Part shown: piece by piece, positions 50,556-59,500 of the stretch
Layout: the number at the start of each line of letters is the position of its first letter
Numbering within the stretch: the first letter of the stretch is position 1
From: Neophaeotheca triangularis
Lineage: Eukaryota
Assembly (NCBI GenBank): GCA_054600435.1
Contig: BAAIJX010000021.1
Coordinates: 186,001-250,000, forward strand
DNA length: 64,000 nucleotides
Direction of reading: 5' to 3'
Notes under the pieces: model-generated
The model's input: the letters and a program-made list of their open reading frames with translations, nothing else
Database searches by the model: none
What the model was told of the DNA's origin: nothing
Program-made: the position numbers and the translations under genes

Positions 50556-53500
50556 CTAGGCAAAGCCAAAGTAGTCGTTGCCAACGGTGAAAGCAGTGTA
50601 CAGCTGCTGTCGCAACTGTTCGTAGCTCTCATACTCGGGAAGGTCGAGCTGGTTGAAGCACGTGTGACTGGTCGGCAGCCTCTGCGTGTTGCTAAAGTCA
50701 CGGTGAATGTTGAACTTCTGGAACCCGTTCATGCCCTCGAGCTCCTTGAAGCCGTTGAGGGGCACTTTGCTAGTACCCGTTACGAACTGCAGGAGCTTGG
50801 CCTTCTCTTCCTTGTCAAAGCTGCGTACGGCGCGCCAGAACCACTGTACTTGTGGTGAAGTGGCAGTGTAGTTGGAGTAGTCGGTGTTGTTCTTCCACTC
50901 GTCCACGTCGATGTCGGGCAAGCCGGAAATGAGCAGCTCGAGCTCTTTGGCGTCGAAAATTCGGATGAGTTCTTCCGGCACAATCTCATGGAAGCCTTGA
51001 AGGAAGTGGTCGAGTTGCTCCTTGACGCAGTCGACGAGGCGGTACCGGTTGATCAGCGTAATGTATTCCTTCTTGTTCTCTTCAGTGACCTCAATGTTGC
51101 GGCCGTTGGGCTTCAGGTCCACAATCTCGACCGCACCGAAGCGGTCGTTCTCATCCGTGAAGGTGTTGTCGTCAAGCACGCCGGTGATGTCGTTCTTCCA
51201 CATCCAATCGAGAGACTTGTAGTAGTCCAGGTCCAGTGACTCCATGTCGCTCAGGTTGACATCAATGCCGAGTAGCTTCTTGTAGACGGCTCTGGAAAAG
51301 TGGCAGTCAAGAAGCCTACCTTCGTACAAGGCTTTGCCAATGATGCGCCCGATGAACTTGAAGAAGACCAGATGCTCGTCGTTGACATCACTAAGCTTGT
51401 TGGGATGAAATGTCGTGCGGTCCGAGGCCACTGGATTGAAGAGCGCGAAATCGGGGTTGAACATTTGACGAGCCATCGCTGCAAACCACTCTCGCGACAC
51501 ACCTCCAGCGTCAACTCCTTCTTCGCCTTGGAAGCGGATGTTGAGCTTGCCGTATTTGATCTCTTGCGGTGACTTGTAGTACAGTGCTTTGAAGGAGTCG
51601 TGGAAGACTCGCTCACGGCGCACATTGAGCTGCAAAGAAGGGTGTGGATGTCTTTGATCTGAACCACGATGGTGAAGCTTTCGCGTGAAGTAGTTGCGCT
51701 TGTTGTCGAAATCGAGGACCTTGGCGTTCTTATGCAAAATCTGGAACGAGGTGTTCATCAACTTAGGCGTGTTACGGATGAGCTCGTTGAGAATCTTGCG
51801 GTGGTCGCTCGTGAATTGGAAGAAGATGCTTTGCGGGCGGTCCTCTGGAGTTGGGCTGCTAACGGACGTTGTCGCTTCAGGGGATTGAGCAAGCGAAGCC
51901 TTGCCGTCCTTTGCGGGCTGTTCGTCTTTGATGGCATTCCGGCACACAACAAAGAGACATTCGATCAAAGGCATCAAAATTGTCGCGATGCTGATCATGT
52001 TGTTGCGGTCCCGAATGGCTGCGAGACAGTCGCTCAGCCTCGCCCACATCTTCTCGAACGTCGGATGTTCCTGGAACGCTGCCAGAATGTCTTCTCTGAG
52101 CTTGGCTTCTTCTTGAGAATGGGCAGCGGACTTTTCGCTAGATGGCGTTCGCTTAGGATCAGACAGATAGTCGAGAGCCGTGATGATGCGGAGCAATTTT
52201 CGCGGCTTCGAGCCAACAGTCGAGAAGTTGGCGAGCGCCACGCCTTGAAGCTCGGTGCCAGAGTCGGTGTTCTTGATTTGTTTGGCAAGTTCCTCCAAAT
52301 CTGCGAGCACACCTTGGGCCAACTCCTGTGCTTGGTTCATGAGCTCCTTGGAGAAGACCTCCTTGGCTCCAGGTATCGCGGACATGTTTTTGATCACATC
52401 CAAGGTATCGCTAAAAGTCTTGCTCACACAGTCCCGGGCGGCGAGGATGCTGACTACCAGGCGAATGTTTGCTTCCGGGATCTCGGGCGGCTCTAGCTCA
52501 CGGTGCTTCTTCTTCTTGCTAGCAGATCCATCTGCTGCATCGTCTTTCTCTTCAGACGGCTTCGCATCTGTGGCTTCCTCGGACGCTTGCTCGGTGGCAG
52601 CGCCTTCAGCAGGAGGTGCTTCGCCCATGGCTACGTCGGAGGTGGCGGTAGTTGGCCGCTCTTCAGTCTGCGTCTTGTTCGCCGCATCTTGTGCCTCTTT
52701 TGCCTTCTTCAAGAGAATGGTGAGTGGGTTAGTGACCCTGCTGAGAATCGCAGCAAGAGTCTCCATCACTCCTTGGTTCTCAATGATGATCTTCTTGTCG
52801 ATAAGACTGAGCAGAGCATTGATGGGGAACTTGGCGGCCTTGGTGTCGCGGCCCTTGCCCTTCTTCAGAGCTTTCGCGTTCTGGGTGGAGAACGTCTCGT
52901 GCTCGGTAAGGAAGAACGATGGCACTCGCGGGTTGTCATTTGCCAATGCGTTTAGAGTGGACAGGCACTGCTGTACAATGTTGAGCGGGGACAGCTCAGT
53001 GCCGAGAGTCATTATTTGACCAGTCAAAGACCGTTTCACAGGCTGAGGAGTCTTCGGGCCAGAAAGTTGCTTTGCACGTAAAGAAAGCTGTGCGAAGCTC
53101 TTCTCCACAGCAGCGACATCGCCAGTTCCATCCTGAAGTATAGAGAGCAGAATACTGATGACCTCAGCTCTGTTTTGAGTGTTCTTGCAAACGTCTGAAA
53201 GCACACCATGCAGCGAGGACTTGGCTTTAGACTGCAGGGAGACGAACATAAGGCGAAGGAGAGTTGCTACTCCAGCCTTGTCGAGCATCTGCACGGTGGG
53301 ACGTCTTTGCTTGCTTGGCTCGCGTCCAGGGTCCTCTGGCGCTCTAGTTGCGTTTGCTCGCTCGGCAAGGGGCTGGAGATCCTCTGCTCTACGCATGCGG
53401 CCCATACCAGGAGGACGACCGTACTGGCGGGCTTCGGCGAGGATGTCAGGCCCTAAGCCAACCAATGTTGCTTCATCCGTCTCCATCAGCACCTGCTGGC

Positions 53501-56500
53501 GAAGCCCTGGAGCGAGCGTTGCAAGGAAGTCTTCTCGGCTCATCTCTTCTGGTTGAGGGGGCTGCGCATTTCCAACTCCTGCCTCCGCCGCGCGATCTCT
53601 TTCATCTTGGCGAGCTCTGCGACGACGTCGGTCTGCTTCGCCGCGCAGCAGCTCGCGTTGCATATCCGGTGGAAGAGCCTCGAGGAACTCTGGACTAATC
53701 TCGCCTGGCTCTTCGCCGGCAGTGACCGCTTGAGCTCCCTGTTCCGCAAGTTGCGACATGATAACCTCGTCACGCATTTCCTCCGGTAGCGCCTCGAGGA
53801 AACCAGGATCGATGCCGAGATGTGTGATGTCCACCTCGCGCCCTCTGAGCGAGTACATCATTCGCTCTGAAGGCGGATCAGTGTTCGCTGCTTCGGCTGG
53901 CTGCTCAGTAGCTTGAGTGTTTTCGACGCCCTCCATTTCGGCAGGTTCGGACTCCTCGGCGCCTGTTTGTGTTGCTGATGGTTGGTCGTGGGCCCTCGCT
54001 GCCTCTGCGCGCGCGCGTTCAGCGGCCTCTTCCGCTTCTTTAGCCTCGCGCTCCTCTCGTTCTTTCTTTTCGCGAGCCTCACGCTCTATCCTTTCGGCTT
54101 CGGCCTTCTTGAGCTCTTCGTCGCGAGCTTTCTGTTCGGCATCTCTCCGCTCGCGCTCGGCTTTGTCGTGTTGGCGCTTGGCCTCCATTGCGGGTGGTAA
54201 AAGGTGTCGCAAAAGGGCGTGGATGACGCGTGTGGATTTTTCCAGGAACCTGTTGCCAAAAACAAGCTTGGCCTCGTCTTGCCAACGGTTAATGGTGAGT
54301 GTCGGAGTGAATTCGACGGCTCGAGCCTCGTCCGTGTTTGCCATGTCGCGGCTGCCATAGCTGCCGCCTGGCATAGGGACACCCCAGCGGCTTCCAGGGG
54401 GACCGAACCGGTGAGGATCAATGTCGATAACACCAGCCCCTCCGTGCCTACCGCCGGTGATGAAGACAGGCGGCATCCCACCCATGCCCCCTAGAGCGGC
54501 AGGATCCATCGCCACGTTGAGGCGCTGTTGGCCATGGGGTCCCATGACGGCCATGAGGTCTTGCAGGAGGCCTTCTTCGCCGAGACGTCCGCCGATCTGG
54601 GGATGTCGGCGGCCAACACGGGGGTATGGCATGTCAACGGCAATTTCACGGGCACGAGGGTGGGCGCCCGCACCCCGTTGAAGCAAAGGGTTGGCGTTTT
54701 CGTCTTCTCCAGCACTGGGCACCTCGCGGTTGGGGTGGCCGCGGAAGGGAGGTCTGCCGGGGCCGCCCATGCCGCCAAATAGAAGGTTGTTGAAGCCTCG
54801 GTGGTGAAAATGGGGGTGATGATGGCCACCGCCTCGGGCAATGGCGGGAGGAGGTACATCGTCCCAGCCAAACGCTCCTTCCTCATCGTCGTCATCTTCC
54901 ATCTCCGGCTCGTACACCAGCTCGTTGCCATAGTTCTCAGCATTGTAGTCCTCTTCCTCGTCCTCGTCTTCTCCGTCGGGACCCATCTCATCCTCAAAGT
55001 ACTCCTCGTTTCCCCCGTCGCCTTCGACGTGCATAACATCTTCATCCTCACCCTCGTCCATCGCACCGCCCGCGCCAATAACATGAGCAATGTGATCAAG
55101 AGGTCCGCCGTGAGGCGATCCAACCCCCTCGTCATCTATCTCGTACTCATCACCATCGTCCTCCCAGTCCCCTTCGTCTTCGCGATCGGCAAGGCTAGCA
55201 TTGTCGTCATCGCCGGTGATTTCGTCCATCTGGTCGGCGAACTCTTGCTCGTCGTCGTCATCATCGTCTTCGTCGTCGGATGACTCGTCGTCGTCATCAT
55301 CTTCGTCGTCGTCCATAACGATCTCGACGTTCATGTCACGGTCTCCAGGCATGCCCTCGACATCCCCCATGCCTTCCTCGTCATCCTCGTCGCTGACAAC
55401 ATCGCCATGCTCAGCCACTTGCTCATCATCATACTCCATTTCCATTTCTTCGTCATAGTCCCCCTCATACATGTCCTCGTCTTCGTCATCCTCTTCGTCA
55501 TCGTCCGACTCTTCGTCATCGCGGTTTCCTCCGGCTTCGAGCATACCGAGCGTAGTGTTGCGGAAGAGATCCGGGGTGTGCTCGCGCTCTTCATCCTCGT
55601 CTTCAGAGAGAGAAGTTGCCGAAGAGATGCTGTCATCGTCGGTACCGGCCCCCACACTGCTTGAAGAAAGGTCGAGTGTCTGACTCAAGGTGACTGCAAG
55701 ATCAGTCAACCACTTCAAGGGCGAAAGGATGTGCTTGACAGCTCGCTTGGCATTTGGGAAATTTAGATCCAACTCGGCAATCGAAGACGTAAGAGCTCCA
55801 ATGAAGTTCTTCTCGTACATCAACCTACCCAGTTGCTGTTGTGATGCCGCAAAATTCTCTGCGAAGGTAACGAAGTTTCGGTCAGGCTTGCCAGTGAGCA
55901 TGCGGTTGAAAAGGTCCCCCAATGACAACAGCCGCGAGTATTTGCTGTCGAGCGGCTCTTGAGACGTCATGGCCTCCTTGAAAGCGCGGAGCGCATGCTC
56001 CAGAACGAATTTGCGCACAAAGGCAAGGTCGGTGTCATCCTCAACGTTCGTTCCGGCAGGACCTGGGCGAGAGATGAGTCGTTCTTGCGTCTTTGAACAC
56101 AAGGACACGAGCACGGTGATAGCGCAGTTGGACGTTGCTGCCTTCTTGCGATGCGAAACGTCGTCACGATGCTCAAGTGTGCCGATGGGAATGAGCTGGT
56201 TGAGTAGGTAGTTGATAGTGCCTGCTCTCGGCTTTGAAGGAGTTGCCGGCTGCGAATCCGACTTGCGCGAGAAGTTGATGAACTCGATTTTCGTGCGATC
56301 GTAGCAAGCGAGCAGTTCAGACAGGCACTGGAGCACAAAACATCTGTAGATGAAGATAGTATGCTGCTCCGGGTTAAATTCCTTCTTGCCAGGAGAGGCT
56401 GCGCCAGCTTCTGGGGGAGCTGGCGCAGCTGCTGAGCCAGGTGTAGTGCCGGTGCCAGAATTGGCATCAGCCATCTCCACATCGTTTGAGGAATCGCCGG

Positions 56501-59500
56501 TAGATGTTTTCTGCTCGTTGGACTTTGGCGAAGTCATCCCCCTTGGATCGGGATCCTCAGCATCCTTGTACTTCGATAGCTCCCCAAGAAGGAAGTTGAT
56601 GACACCGTCGCTTGTCTCGACGAAAGGAGCTTTTGGTTCTGCAAGCTTCAGACTGTCAGAAATATCTTCGACAGACGGTGCTGCTTGTTCAGTCGCCGCA
56701 GCTTGCTGGTCTTTGCCTTCTTCGGCAGCTTTCCCGGCTGTATCGGCGGACGGCTGGGTTTTCTTCAAGGCCAAAGACTGCGCGCGTTGAGATTGTCCAT
56801 CAAATCTTGCCACCTCGACCAAGTCCTTCGTCACGTCGACGAAAATATCTGGATCGCGAAGCACAAGATGGTAGAGGTTGCGGGTGTAGCTTGTGGTGTC
56901 CATGTTACGTGACCTGTGACCTTCAAAGCTTGCCCGAATCTCTGTGGTCATGATCTGGCGAAGCATCTGCTCGTCTTCGATCATGTGTCGCACAATGAGC
57001 AGGAAGCACCCGTGCAGCTTGTCTGGCCCGTTGCCCGGCGGCTGCGCACAGCTGACCTGCCTAATCATGGTGAAAAGCCTGCCTAGGTTTTGCTTTTGGC
57101 CGAGAAGCTGAGCGAGCTCTCTTCGACGTGTCAAGATGGTCAAGACGCGGCATACCGAGATAGCAAGCGGAGAGTTTTTGTTGATCTTAGGCAGAACGTC
57201 TACGAGTCCGCGGAAGAGTCTATTGCGAAGTTCAGCGGAGACAATGAGCTCGGGCTTCTGCACTTCTGGCAACGGCCTTAATGGATCATCAGGAGGTGGT
57301 GTCTCCCATTTGACCTCGGCTGGCTGCTCGTCTTCAGACAGTACTCGCTCAATGATCACGAGAATCATCTCGAGCCACGGCGCGTCCTCGGCTTTTTGTT
57401 GAGGCTGAAGCTCCACCCAGCCAACCAGCTGGTCGAAGTATTCCTTGAGCTCATCCAGCGTGGATAAGAAGAATTCGTTGTCTTGCAGGATGATGGCAAC
57501 GAGATGGGCGTAGGCGTAAATTTTGCGTCCGGCTTCAGCACCTTCGTCCATGCCGAGAGATACGAGGGAGGAGACCAATGTGCGGCCAATCTCGGTACGT
57601 TGAGTGGCACCTTCAACGTTATCGGCTACAGCGCCTTGTATCAGATCCGAAAGCTCAAAGGTCATACTTGGGTGCGAGCTTAGCACGTCAAGGCAGCGAT
57701 CTACCAGATCGCTACGGAGCTCCTTTCGCTGATCATTGAGATCATCGACCGTCGGGTAAAGCTCGCCCTGCCTAGTATCATCTTTGGCTGTGCTTGAGAG
57801 GCCAGTCGCGGCCCTTACGCCTCCGGAAGCGTCAAGTGTGGCCATTGCCTCGCTGACATTGGCAGCCATGTCCGCCGGTAAAGAGCCCAACGTACCAGCG
57901 TCTTGGTCGGAAGACGAAGAAGTGGTGGTTGTCCGAGTCACAGTGTCCTCTGCGTCAGACATGTCAACAGAGATCTGCCGCTCCAAAGGGTTTCCAGACG
58001 CAGCTGGAGCTGCAGAGGCCGACGCGCTTCTTTCTGAAGAACTCGGAGCAGGGTACCGAGGGATGGCTGAAATACTCTGCCGGAGCCTGCAGTATTCCAG
58101 AGCGCGATCCTTATCGTAATTGCAGCGATGGATCGCCTCCATGGCCAGGTCGTGGGGAAATCCTTGCGCCTCAAGCGTCTCGAGGTGATCGGTTCGAGAC
58201 GCTGCATCGTGCTTCCGGGCTGGGAGGCGGCGTCTGGCATGAGAAGAACGTTTCAAAGCATCCCTTTCGCCTTCAGCTTGCAGTATCACTCGGAGGGTAT
58301 CGACTATGATCCTCGCTTGCTCGGTCGGCAGGCTTGAGATGGAATCAGACTGCCAGAGCGCGTGCATAGCTTTGAGAACAGAGAGTCGAATTTCAACAAC
58401 GAACTGGCCAGGCGTCCAGTAATCGGGCGAAGCGACCTCTTTGTTGAGCATGGCGCCGACCTGAAACTGATCTCCCTGGATGAATTGGAAGCGAGCAATG
58501 TTGGCAAAAAACCTTAGCACGGTGTTGGCTGCTTCTTTGGCAAGGTCCTGTTCGTTCTGCTCCAAGACGGGGTTGCCCGGCCGAAGCTTCTCAACGCATT
58601 CGCTTAGGTGTTCGCTGAGCTTGTCCAGACCTCCAGCAGCGTAGAACTTGGAGAGCAGAAGCGGCGAGGCGTCCCTTTGGCCATATGTATCCATCATCGA
58701 CGAGCTAGAACGGAGCAACATGCGCGTGCAAGATGAAAGCACATGCACGAGATACTTCATGCGGTCAACGCCTTGGAGAGCGTCAAGGCCTGGCCTTCCA
58801 AGCTCCCAGACTGCAGCGTTGGCAATACGCTCGGCAACGGCCATGTAACTCTGCTTTTGCGGCTCCTGAATTCGCTTCGGCAGCAGAGCCTGCCCCAACG
58901 ATTGGAAGAACGTCTCAACTGCGACAGGTGTCTGGGTGAGAAGATAGCGGGCGGTTCTACCATTCTTAAAGCTGAAACCGGCTGCGTCGGGAGCCTGTGC
59001 AGGATCGTCCTTTGGTCGAGAGGCTGTGGCATTCGAGTCGCCATTCGAGCCATCTCGATTCGTCTGCGCACCCCAAGGCTGGACGAAGCCGTTGGCATCT
59101 ATGCGGCGGGCTTGGGTTTGTCTGGGCCTAGTAGCATCCTTCCAGTCATCAGGTTTTCCTGTTTGCAAAAGAAGGTCTTCACGCAAGCAAGTAGCGTGGA
59201 GCCTGCTGTAATCGTCAACGAGCTCAACGTACACATCCGCGAAGTTGACAGCAAGGAAAAGCTGGCTGAAAGGCTGGGCTCTGCTATAGGCTTGCTGTGG
59301 CGTGCTACCGATGCTCTTGCCGAGTACAAGTGCTAAGACATGAGCAACACGCAGTGACTTGACAATTGTGCTACCATTGTCGTCTGTCGCAGATGAATCC
59401 AGAATCTGGCTCATGTCGCAGTATTTGTCGAAAAAGCCGCTGGCCCTCTGCTCATTCATTAAAGGCTTCAGCTGTCGCAACGCAATCTGAGCTCTCTGAG